From: a bacterium
Lineage (GTDB): Bacteria > Hinthialibacterota > Hinthialibacteria > Hinthialibacterales > Hinthialibacteraceae
Direction of reading: 5' to 3'
Assembly (NCBI GenBank): GCA_963663405.2
Contig: CAXXSM010000168.1
Coordinates: 1 to 14,710 of the forward strand
DNA length: 14,710 nt
This document shows positions 6,688 through 14,710 of this stretch, piece by piece. The stretch's first letter is position 1, and the number at the start of each line of letters is the position of its first letter. The notes beneath the pieces are model-generated. The model was not told the origin of the DNA. It was given only the letters and a program-made list of their open reading frames with translations, and did no database searches. The position numbers and the translations under genes are program-made.

Positions 6688-8520
6688 ATGAATGACACGG
6701 ATTCACAAGGAATTCTCCAGAATAACCTGGCTCTAATCGGTCAGCTGTATCCGCAATACAAAAAGGCTCTCGATTCCGTCACCGATCCGGAATCGAACTA
6801 TACGATCCAACAACTCGCGCCGGACAGTTATACCTGTTATAAAAAAAGAAGAGAAGGAAAACAGACCGATCCCGCTTCACCGGGCGCCGAGTGGATTCAT
6901 GGTCCCGGCAATCCTTGGGAAGCGGCGGCGAAAAGCGTCAAAGAGTGTGATTGGCAAACTCAATCGTTATTTATCGTGGCGCGGCCTGGATTGGGCTATC
7001 TGCCTCATTCTCTCTATCCAAACCTGCGGAAAGGCCGCAATGCGCAGCGAATGCTATTGGTGGAAGATCGTGTTGATTTATTCTATCTGTCGCTCACTCT
7101 ATTTGACTGGACCGATATTCTGCGCTCGGATCGAACCATCTTGATTCTTGGAGAAGAGCCCTGTCAAGCGATTTTGAATTTTATCACAACCAATCCCGTA
7201 TCCATCCTCCCACCATTGACTGTCTTGTGTGGTTCGGAATTGATGGATGATGAACAGCGAATCATGGTGGTTCTTCAGCGGGAATTCTCCAAATTGTCCA
7301 AAACCATCTATGACGCTTCAAAAGGCTACCTGAACGATATCGCCAATCATTATCAAACTCTGGCGTATAATCCATCCCATCAGAAAAAAATTCTATTCGT
7401 AGAGCCCGAACATGACTATCTAGCGGGGCCGATTTCGGAGGGATTCGAGGCGGCGGGGTGTTCGACGGCGTTTTTTAAGGGCAATCAACGCCTGCTGCGG
7501 TTTCTAAATCCGTACGTTTGGCTTGTGTATACGAGGGAGCATTATCCCGACGCGCTGCTTTGGATGAATCGTTGCACCCTCTCTCCCGAAGGGGATGAAG
7601 CGTTGCGGCAATTTCCCATTAAACGAATTCTTTGGTTCCTCGATAGTCCCAAACGGGTGATGACGACGGCGGAAGAGATGCGGGCGGTTGACGCGTATTA
7701 TTCATTCGATCCCACCTATCTGCCCTATCTGAAGGAACTGAGCGGTAAAGAGGGACAGTACCTTCCCACCGCCGCAGGGATTCAGCCTTTGCCGGAATGC
7801 GGCCCGGAACAGAAATGGCGCCGGCGGGAAGGGCCGGATGTGGGATTTATGGGCGCGCTGGCGGCGCAGCGATTTCAGGATGTACGGGCTTTTTGGCTGC
7901 GGCGCGATCCAGAATTTGTGCGCGTCTTGGATGCGATTGTAGAGGAATTCCTGGCCGATCCCTCCCAGTCATTAGAAGAGCGTTTTAACAAATCCCCCGG
8001 CCGAGACCGTCTTCCCTATCAAGGCTTCGTCGTGCTTTATTTGGAAGAACGAACGACCTATTTCAAACGTCTCCGCTATTTGAAGAATGTCAAGGATTTA
8101 GGGTTGACAACGTATGGAGCGGCAGAATGGGGAAGAACGGAATGGGCGGATGAATTGGCCTCCTGTTATTCCGGTTTCGCTCCTCAATATCAAGAAGAAC
8201 TGCCTCGTGTTTATTTTGATACGAAGGTAAATATCAATATCTTTCACACCCAATGTGTCAACTCAGCGAATCCCCGCGTCTACGATGTGCTCGCCGCCGG
8301 GGGCTTTCTGCTGACGGAGTACCGGCCTGTTTTGGAGGATGAATTCAAACTAGGGGAACATCTCGTCTGTTTTAAAACGCCAGAGGAACTGCGGGAAAAG
8401 GTGGAATACTATCTCAAACATGAAGACGAACGGGAAACCATCGCCCGCGCAGGCCAGGAATACGCGCTCAAACATGCGGTCTATTCGGCGCGTGTCAAGA
8501 CTATTTTGGAAAATCTATAA
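6688..8520 (+). CDS. CgeB-like glycosyltransferase (Glyco_trans_1_2-type C-terminus) with an N-terminal Maf-like domain, 610 aa
   Basis: C-terminal NINIF...NPRVYDVLAAGGFLLT...F..GEHLVCF...EL.EKVEYYLKHEDERETIARAG...H.Y..RV; middle WFLDSP, FDP and YLPTAA; N-terminal LQNNL..I, GLGY, LLVE...LF..SL...DW as seen in motility-associated-factor proteins. Confidence 0.85.
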   Translation: MNDTDSQGILQNNLALIGQLYPQYKKALDSVTDPESNYTIQQLAPDSYTCYKKRREGKQTDPASPGAEWIHGPGNPWEAAAKSVKECDWQTQSLFIVARPGLGYLPHSLYPNLRKGRNAQRMLLVEDRVDLFYLSLTLFDWTDILRSDRTILILGEEPCQAILNFITTNPVSILPPLTVLCGSELMDDEQRIMVVLQREFSKLSKTIYDASKGYLNDIANHYQTLAYNPSHQKKILFVEPEHDYLAGPISEGFEAAGCSTAFFKGNQRLLRFLNPYVWLVYTREHYPDALLWMNRCTLSPEGDEALRQFPIKRILWFLDSPKRVMTTAEEMRAVDAYYSFDPTYLPYLKELSGKEGQYLPTAAGIQPLPECGPEQKWRRREGPDVGFMGALAAQRFQDVRAFWLRRDPEFVRVLDAIVEEFLADPSQSLEERFNKSPGRDRLPYQGFVVLYLEERTTYFKRLRYLKNVKDLGLTTYGAAEWGRTEWADELASCYSGFAPQYQEELPRVYFDTKVNINIFHTQCVNSANPRVYDVLAAGGFLLTEYRPVLEDEFKLGEHLVCFKTPEELREKVEYYLKHEDERETIARAGQEYALKHAVYSARVKTILENL

Positions 8521-8563
8521 TCAAGGATGAGTGTTCACTGTTTGTAAGGAAACGCGGGGGATA

Positions 8564-8592
8564 TTGCGTGATTCGAGATACTATACTATTCT
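8564..8592 (+). promoter_or_regulatory. Possible sigma70 promoter for the hydrolase gene
   Basis: TTGCGT (8564-8569), 17 nt, TATTCT (8587-8592), in an AT-rich intergenic region where chance matches are likely. Confidence 0.3.
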
Positions 8593-8657
8593 AAACTTTT
8601 CTGTAAGTACATGATCAAATACTATATATTAAGGATATGGATAACAAGGCAACTGTG

Positions 8658-11600
8658 ATGAAAAAACTATTATGTGATGCGTTCAACCGTTCTTTGTTTG
8701 TAGGGGGCCTAATTTTTTTCTTTTTATCATGTGAACTCTTTTGTAATTGTTCTGAGATTGAATACTCTCCAGTTGATTTGACAAATTCATATTCATTTGG
8801 ACAAAGTTACATCGATCCAGAAACCATCTTAACGTATGACGATCCCGTTCTTCCTATCCGGGACGATCCTCGCTTTCCTGACCGATTTAAAAAAGGCGCG
8901 GAATTAGTTGTTTTTGCGACAACCTGTGTGGAGGTGGACCGGTATGGGAAAGAAATCCCACCCGCTGCATTTTGGATATTTGGTCATCAATGTTATGATT
9001 TGATGGCGATTGGACGAGAGCCATCCCAAACGCCCTGCGCGTACTTCGAAATTGAACCGATCAAGAATTTGACCAACGTATTTTTTTTGATCCATGGACT
9101 CAACCTTTATGAAGATACGATGTATCCGGGAGAAGATAGAACCATTGGCGAGATTCAGTTAATCTTTCAAGAGGATTCCGAATTAAGGAAACCGGATATT
9201 GCTAAATGGCCTGTTGTTACATTTGAAGATCGTGGTTTTGAATCACTAAAACTGATTGCTGGACACAATATTAGAAATACAAAAATCGGTGTTGTTTCCG
9301 CCTTATCAAAAGCCTTTGAGTATCGATTAGATATACTGCCAAATGTTTTTGAACGGATATGGATACCTAGTTGTGACTCGATGTCCACAAGTCTACCAGC
9401 GAACATTTTGGATATGCTGCAGATATCTATATCAGAAGAGTTACAAAAATTTAATTTGATAGGAATCAAAATTATCCCTTATAGACGTTGGGCTGTTGAT
9501 GGAACCCTGCGTTTTTACGCTGGATTGCGATTATTGGGGATCTCACTGGAATATGAAAACACCTTCAATATACTTGCTGCAAGACAGGGGAATCTCCTGT
9601 TATTTACAAATGGCGAGGATAAAGAAAAAGTTAATGAACCGCTTGAGTTTAAACCGGATCCAGAGCAATTAAATACTGCATCCTACTTTCGTCGTGTAGA
9701 AGGTCTCGTTGCGGATGGAGTGACGCCGCTGCTTTTGACGGCTGCACTTCCATTGGGACGATACCATGTTGCTATTGACATTACAGGTCTTGAATCTGAG
9801 GAGGTTATAAAAGATCATTTTTATATTTTCTCGGATACAGTGAATGATTTTATCCCCCTGGAATCTGAAATTGAAATTACAGACAATCAATCTCCCTGTT
9901 TTATTTATGTCAAAGGAATCGACCCTAAATCCATTACGTTCATTGATGGATATCGAGAGTCAAAAATACAAATTAATATATCTTCCCCAGATGAACAGTA
10001 TATCATAACCAGCGGTGATTTTCTTGTTCGTAAGCCACCGATCGCTCTCGTGCATGGGTATAATGCGGATAACTCAACATGGTATGATAATGGGGAGTCT
10101 CCATTTATAGATGAACTGACAAACTATCAACGTCATATAGATTTCATCCAACCGGTTGAGTATGGTGTGGAGAATGGCGATAAAAATGATAATACATATG
10201 GAACGTTGGCTGATAATGTAAACTGGTTGGATAAAGAACTGCAAAAGTATGAAGAGGCATTACGAACTTCTTGGGCGTTTACACGTTACGATCTTGTTTG
10301 TCACAGCCAGGGAGGCGTGTTAAGCCGGGCATTATGCCGTCAAAATGTATCGTCCGAACGTGATTTCCGAAATGAAAAAAACTACTTCCGGGGCCGGTTC
10401 CGGCGCATTATTACAATTGGCTCCCCACATAATGGAAGCCGTATCGCGTATTATTCTTTAAAACTTGCGGAAAAAGGATTGTTGGATGGTCGATTTATCA
10501 ATATTCCTTTCATTTTGAAATGGGTAGGTATTTTACAACCGAAATTTGATCCTTGGGGATGGCAGCTCGCTCAGTTCCGTCAATTTGATATGGATCCATA
10601 TGCTCCCTATCATATCATACGGACAAAAATTGAACATATAGGGATAATTGGGAAATCGATTGGCGCTTGGACTAATCAAATTATTGGATTACAGCAAAAC
10701 ACCCTTCGTAGAGAAGATGTTATTCCCAATGGATCTGATGGTGTTGTGGACACGGATAGCGCAGCAGCTAATATGCCCTCCTTGCATATCAGTGATTTTA
10801 CGAATTCAGTTATTGGTTTGAAAGATATTTCACACGCTCCACCATTGATTGCCTTCAACGCCGATGAAAGTCAAACAGTATCTCCGAGTGTCGCCAGCGT
10901 TGTTGGTCAATTGCTTGAAGGATATAGCACTTTGTTCGGTTCCTTTCAAAATCCATCCACCTTGGATCCATCCATCCGCGATCTAATTGATTTTTGGGTC
11001 GATCAATCAACAGTGATAAATGTTGGACTGACTGCTGCCCTCCGTGCATTAGGAGGCGGGCAAAGTAATAATCAATTGTTGGCGCCTATGCAAGAGGAGC
11101 CACTCACTTTTGATGTTACTTTGGAACCGGACGATGATTATCCTATCGGGTCGGAAATCTCATGGATACCTATGATATATGGTCCAAACGGCATACTTTT
11201 TAGTGGCGCTGAGATCGAACTCGATCAAAGCGATCCATATCATGTAATCGTATACGTCCAATCGGACGTTCATGGAAAAGTTGTCTTATATGTAAGTTAC
11301 ATTTCAAAGGAAGGGATTTTCGTACAGTACAAACCAATTGTAATTGTCACATTGGGAGATCAATGGTATACTGCTTTACGCATTGATCAATCCCTTCAGA
11401 AACTAGAAATGGGGCAAAACACGAGAGTCGAACTTATGGGCATTAATGCGCAGGGAGAACCAATGCCGATCTTTATAGAGGATTACAGTCATATCTCATT
11501 GTCATCCAGTGATGAATCTGTAATCCAAGTTGGAGAGAATAAAGTTTTGATGGCGAAGTCAGAAGGTGAGGCACAAGTTGATGTGTTCTATCAAGGATTA

Positions 11601-11681
11601 AATGCTTCATTAAAAATAACAGTTACACCTTCCCATGATGAACCCGGCGCGCCTGTAACCGAATGGGAATATCATAAATAA
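8658..11681 (+). CDS. Secreted multidomain alpha/beta hydrolase (PGAP1/lipase-like) with a C-terminal Ig-like (Big_2-type) domain; alternative start 8637
   Basis: PIALVHGYN oxyanion motif, DLVCHSQGG nucleophile elbow (10299-10316), IITIGSPHNGS, SDGVV (Asp) and ISH (His); Ig-like SSSDESVIQV...AKSEGEAQVDVFY...LKITV; MKKLL followed by a hydrophobic N-terminus. Confidence 0.85.
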   Translation: MKKLLCDAFNRSLFVGGLIFFFLSCELFCNCSEIEYSPVDLTNSYSFGQSYIDPETILTYDDPVLPIRDDPRFPDRFKKGAELVVFATTCVEVDRYGKEIPPAAFWIFGHQCYDLMAIGREPSQTPCAYFEIEPIKNLTNVFFLIHGLNLYEDTMYPGEDRTIGEIQLIFQEDSELRKPDIAKWPVVTFEDRGFESLKLIAGHNIRNTKIGVVSALSKAFEYRLDILPNVFERIWIPSCDSMSTSLPANILDMLQISISEELQKFNLIGIKIIPYRRWAVDGTLRFYAGLRLLGISLEYENTFNILAARQGNLLLFTNGEDKEKVNEPLEFKPDPEQLNTASYFRRVEGLVADGVTPLLLTAALPLGRYHVAIDITGLESEEVIKDHFYIFSDTVNDFIPLESEIEITDNQSPCFIYVKGIDPKSITFIDGYRESKIQINISSPDEQYIITSGDFLVRKPPIALVHGYNADNSTWYDNGESPFIDELTNYQRHIDFIQPVEYGVENGDKNDNTYGTLADNVNWLDKELQKYEEALRTSWAFTRYDLVCHSQGGVLSRALCRQNVSSERDFRNEKNYFRGRFRRIITIGSPHNGSRIAYYSLKLAEKGLLDGRFINIPFILKWVGILQPKFDPWGWQLAQFRQFDMDPYAPYHIIRTKIEHIGIIGKSIGAWTNQIIGLQQNTLRREDVIPNGSDGVVDTDSAAANMPSLHISDFTNSVIGLKDISHAPPLIAFNADESQTVSPSVASVVGQLLEGYSTLFGSFQNPSTLDPSIRDLIDFWVDQSTVINVGLTAALRALGGGQSNNQLLAPMQEEPLTFDVTLEPDDDYPIGSEISWIPMIYGPNGILFSGAEIELDQSDPYHVIVYVQSDVHGKVVLYVSYISKEGIFVQYKPIVIVTLGDQWYTALRIDQSLQKLEMGQNTRVELMGINAQGEPMPIFIEDYSHISLSSSDESVIQVGENKVLMAKSEGEAQVDVFYQGLNASLKITVTPSHDEPGAPVTEWEYHK

Positions 11682-11713
11682 AAAAATACTGCAACTAAAT
11701 TCATGGACGATAA

Positions 11714-12235
11714 ATGAAAAAGAGAATACACAAAAATTGGCGTATCTATCGTTATATCAGTCTCACTGCGCTTGTTGTCTTGATCGGCGCCTGTTCGCCG
11801 AAGGAGGAGCCCAGTTCGATGCCGAATGGCGCGTTGGGGCCTTTGAGGACTGTGAATTTTGAAATCAAGGGAACGCCGGTGGAGATCGAGGTCGCGATCG
11901 GGTCTAACGAGCAGCAGCAAGGTTTAATGTACCGGGAATCAATGCCGGAAAATCATGGAATGCTGTTCGTCTACACAAAGCCCCGGTATATGAGTTTCTG
12001 GATGAAGAACACAAAAATCCCGCTTTCAATCGCCTTTATCCGGGAAGACGGCGTGATCAGCAATATCGAAAAAATGGAGCCGTTTTCCGGGCCTCTCAAC
12101 CCAACGGTCTATTATCAATCTGTGAATAAGAGCCTCTACGCGCTGGAGATGAATCAAGGCTGGTTTGAGCGGCATGGATTGAAGGCAGGGGACAAAATTG
12201 ATTTACCAGTAGAAGAGATTCAGGCAATGCAATAG
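11714..12235 (+). CDS. DUF192 (UPF0127) family lipoprotein, 173 aa
   Basis: EVA...QQGLMYRESMPENHGMLFVY, FWMKNTKIPLSIAFI, YALEMNQGWF...GLKAGD; basic N-terminus, hydrophobic stretch and lipobox LIGA-C. Confidence 0.93.
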   Translation: MKKRIHKNWRIYRYISLTALVVLIGACSPKEEPSSMPNGALGPLRTVNFEIKGTPVEIEVAIGSNEQQQGLMYRESMPENHGMLFVYTKPRYMSFWMKNTKIPLSIAFIREDGVISNIEKMEPFSGPLNPTVYYQSVNKSLYALEMNQGWFERHGLKAGDKIDLPVEEIQAMQ

Positions 12236-12283
12236 GAATTATACGAATTGAATGTTAAGTTACTCTTTTCAGGGAGATATACC

Positions 12284-14080
12284 ATGACATATCGAATCAC
12301 GTTCTTCTCATTGTTGACTATCGCGCTTCTCATGCCGTGTTCGTTTGCGCAGGGCCAGACGATTTCACCCGTCAAGCGGATGGATATCGGCGCGCTCGAA
12401 CTCCACATTCAAGATCCGCTGTTATTTGTAGGTGGATACGATTCTGTAAGGATTTACGATATCAGCGATGGAGCGAATCCGTCGTTTTTAGGATCGTTTC
12501 CGCTCTCACATGGTGGTGTGACAGGAATCGCCGTAATAGGGAATATTGCGATCGTTAGCACTGACGCGCAGCAGGATAATAATATCTACATCGTCGATAT
12601 CACGAATCGTGGTAACCCTCAAATCCTTTATGAACGGCGCGGCACGGATTATGGGAGTGTAGTTTACGATGTTCACACTTATGGGAACTGGATTTTCCTC
12701 TGCGCGGATGGGGGATTGTTGACCGGTCAATTAACGGATGTGAACGATCTCGTCCTCGTCGGTGGGATCACTATCGATGAGGAAGTCTATGATGTCGTTA
12801 CGGTGGGTACACGGGCGTACATCTCAACCGACTATACGGTGAAGATATTGAATATCACCGATCCCGCCGCTCCTTCGATTATCGATTCCGCCGATTCCAA
12901 TGATTTTAATAATGGCTTGGATGTGGAAGGTGATGTCCTGGGTGTGGCGGAAGGATTGGAGGGAATCTCGTTTTACGATCTTTCCAATCCCGATGTACTT
13001 AGTTTGGTAACGACTAGACGAATGCCATTAGGCAATGAAGTTCTCGCGGTGGATCTTCGTGAGAATTACGCGTATGGGGCCACATTGATCTATCGTTCAT
13101 TCGATGTGACAGCGCCCGACTGGGAAGGGGGATTGCGGATTCTCGATTATGAGAATATTAATTCCCCGCGATCGATCTATCAGAATGAAGAGAAAGAGAA
13201 CGCCTACGATGTAGCCGCGCATAACGGATATGTCTATGTGGCGGAAGACGCGACTTTGGCGATCTTCCGTCATGGCCCACTCGGAGTGCGCCCCACATCC
13301 ACTCCCGTTTTGCCGACGCCGACTAAAATACCAACACACACACCGACACCGACCAACACGCCCCCGTTTCTCAAGACGGCCACACCTGTTGGGGGCGCCA
13401 ATACACCGACAGCGACAAATACGCCTACACCCGCGCCAACCAATACACAGCCAGCCGCAGCGCCCACGAATACGCCCGTATCCGTTCCGACACAAGCGCC
13501 AACGGAGCCGACGAATACGCCTGTCACGTCTTCAACGGATTTGGAAACGCTCTTCATTGATGAATTCAACGATCCTGCGCTGCCCAATTTCACGCCGCAG
13601 CTGCCTTTTAGTGGTTCCTTCACAATGGGCTCGTATTTCATCGCGCCAATTCCCACTGATTCCGCGTTCACCGGCGCGACCGACGGCACGGGATTGGAGA
13701 TCACCGTGCTCCCAGGCCAGGCGTTGACGTTGCTTGGACCCTCGTTGAATGTGGGGAATGTTCCCGCGTTGATCCGTGTAAACGCGCGGTCCACGGGACA
13801 GGGCGCGGCGATCGCTTTAGCGGCGATTGATGGTTCTTTTGATGGTTCGGTCGCGACGAATGTGCCTGTGAACAGCAATATTTTCGCTCATTCATACAAA
13901 CGTCTGACAATGATTTACAAAGCCCCCAGCAATAGTTTCATCCCTCTCTTGCAGGTCTCGTTGGATTCTTCCGTCGCGCTGCCGGTTCGCGTCTATTTTG
14001 ACAACTTCGATGTGATTACGCTGCCCTCCGGGAGTTGTGTCCCAGCGGATATGCTAGGCGCCGATGGAACCGCGCCGTAA
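12284..14080 (+). CDS. Secreted LVIVD-repeat beta-propeller protein with Pro/Thr linker and C-terminal beta-sandwich-like domain (about 598 aa)
   Basis: RBS AGGGAG (12271-12276) supports ATG 12284; signal peptide ending SFA; repeats VRIYDISDGANP, IYIVDITNRGNP, VKILNITDPAAP, ISFYDLSNPDV, LRILDYENINSP; PT-rich linker; C-domain ends in VYFDNF. Confidence 0.88.
   Translation: MTYRITFFSLLTIALLMPCSFAQGQTISPVKRMDIGALELHIQDPLLFVGGYDSVRIYDISDGANPSFLGSFPLSHGGVTGIAVIGNIAIVSTDAQQDNNIYIVDITNRGNPQILYERRGTDYGSVVYDVHTYGNWIFLCADGGLLTGQLTDVNDLVLVGGITIDEEVYDVVTVGTRAYISTDYTVKILNITDPAAPSIIDSADSNDFNNGLDVEGDVLGVAEGLEGISFYDLSNPDVLSLVTTRRMPLGNEVLAVDLRENYAYGATLIYRSFDVTAPDWEGGLRILDYENINSPRSIYQNEEKENAYDVAAHNGYVYVAEDATLAIFRHGPLGVRPTSTPVLPTPTKIPTHTPTPTNTPPFLKTATPVGGANTPTATNTPTPAPTNTQPAAAPTNTPVSVPTQAPTEPTNTPVTSSTDLETLFIDEFNDPALPNFTPQLPFSGSFTMGSYFIAPIPTDSAFTGATDGTGLEITVLPGQALTLLGPSLNVGNVPALIRVNARSTGQGAAIALAAIDGSFDGSVATNVPVNSNIFAHSYKRLTMIYKAPSNSFIPLLQVSLDSSVALPVRVYFDNFDVITLPSGSCVPADMLGADGTAP
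13292..13528 (+). repeat. Pro/Thr-rich coding repeats (PTNTP-type linker)
   Basis: PTSTP, PTHTP, PTNTP (three copies), ANTP, ATNTP, PTNTQ; synonymous codons differ between copies. Confidence 0.85.
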
Positions 14081-14130
14081 GACGGGAGGATAGGCAAAAG
14101 ACAGAAGAAAATACTCGTATTCTGGTTTGC

Positions 14131-14158
14131 TTGACTTGCGGCGGCGTATTACTACGAT
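14131..14158 (+). promoter_or_regulatory. Putative sigma70 promoter of dnaE
   Basis: TTGACT (14131-14136), 16 nt, TACGAT (14153-14158), about 110 nt upstream of the dnaE ATG. Confidence 0.55.
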
Positions 14159-14179
14159 ATCTGTAGCGCCGCCGCTTTT
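14138..14179 (+). terminator. Putative intrinsic terminator after the LVIVD gene
   Basis: GCGGCGGCG (14138-14146) pairs with CGCCGCCGC (14167-14175); inner CTAC/GTAG pair; followed by TTTTCTGTATTTTT. Confidence 0.55.
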
Positions 14180-14269
14180 CTGTATTTTTGAAGCGGAATA
14201 CAATAGAAGCGTTCGTCCGCGGCTGGCGGGCGGCGGGTGTGAATTCATAGTGGTGAGGGAAAACCATCC

Positions 14270-14710
14270 ATGTCCGAATCCCGTTTTGTCCATCTGCATG
14301 TCCATTCCGAATACAGTCTGTTAGATGGGGCCTGCCGTTTGAAGGATCTGGTTCAGATGGCGAAAGATCTGGGAATGGCCCACCTTGCGCTCACCGACCA
14401 TGGTGTCATGCATGGCTCACTCGAATTCTACCAGAAAGCGGTCGACGCGGGGATTCATCCCATTATTGGTGTGGAAGCGTATGTCGCGCCGCGATCGATC
14501 CATGATAAAAAGGGCGGCGGTGATTTCAATATCGACGATCTCAGCGATAAATCGAATTTCCATCTGATTCTGCTGGCGAAGAATATGAAGGGCTACCAGA
14601 ATTTGATGCGCCTCTGCTCGATCGCCCAGCTGGAAGGATTTTATTATAAACCCCGCATCGATCGAACGATCCTGCGTGAATATTCCGAAGGCTTGATCGG
14701 CCTGTCCGCT
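14270..14710 (+). CDS. dnaE: DNA polymerase III alpha subunit, N-terminal PHP domain; partial, runs off the right edge; absent from the ORF track
   Basis: Manual translation MSESRFVHLHVHSEYSLLDGAC...LALTDHGVMHGSLEFY...PIIGVEAYVAP...HLILLAKNMKGYQNLMRL...EGFYYKPRID...YSEGLIGLSA; RBS GAGGGA at 14255-14260. Confidence 0.98.
   Translation, partial: MSESRFVHLHVHSEYSLLDGACRLKDLVQMAKDLGMAHLALTDHGVMHGSLEFYQKAVDAGIHPIIGVEAYVAPRSIHDKKGGGDFNIDDLSDKSNFHLILLAKNMKGYQNLMRLCSIAQLEGFYYKPRIDRTILREYSEGLIGLSA

Noticed and set aside
6678-6695. Mini-ORF MKNNE* overlapping the glycosyltransferase start, or another extra A in an A5 run
   Set aside because: ATG 6688 already gives a complete protein; nothing distinguishes this from chance.
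13097-13910. Overlapping 132-, 165-, 202- and 69-aa alternative-frame ORFs
   Set aside because: By-products of the stop-poor, GC-rich Pro/Thr linker region of the LVIVD gene.
14016-14567. Short ORFs across the dnaE upstream region and start
   Set aside because: No RBS or motif support; they overlap the promoter/terminator region or lie out of frame within dnaE.

Overview
Bacterial chromosomal window rich in exported and surface proteins. Left to right: a large Alu-domain SRP RNA (minus strand, cut by the left edge); an exported cyclophilin whose C-terminus is split by an apparent +1 frameshift; an AT-rich toxin-antitoxin islet with two intact antitoxins (hicB, parD-like) and two apparently dead toxins (hicA with an in-frame TAA, and a possible parE stub); a 1090-aa secreted/membrane protein behind a sigma54-type promoter, with related beta-propeller-like blades on both sides of an internal membrane segment; an exported hypothetical protein; a Maf-like/CgeB-type glycosyltransferase fusion; a 1000-aa secreted alpha/beta hydrolase; a DUF192 lipoprotein; an LVIVD-repeat protein with a Pro/Thr linker; a structured intergenic region; and the 5' end of dnaE. 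All family calls come from motif recognition by eye. No database search or folding program was run.
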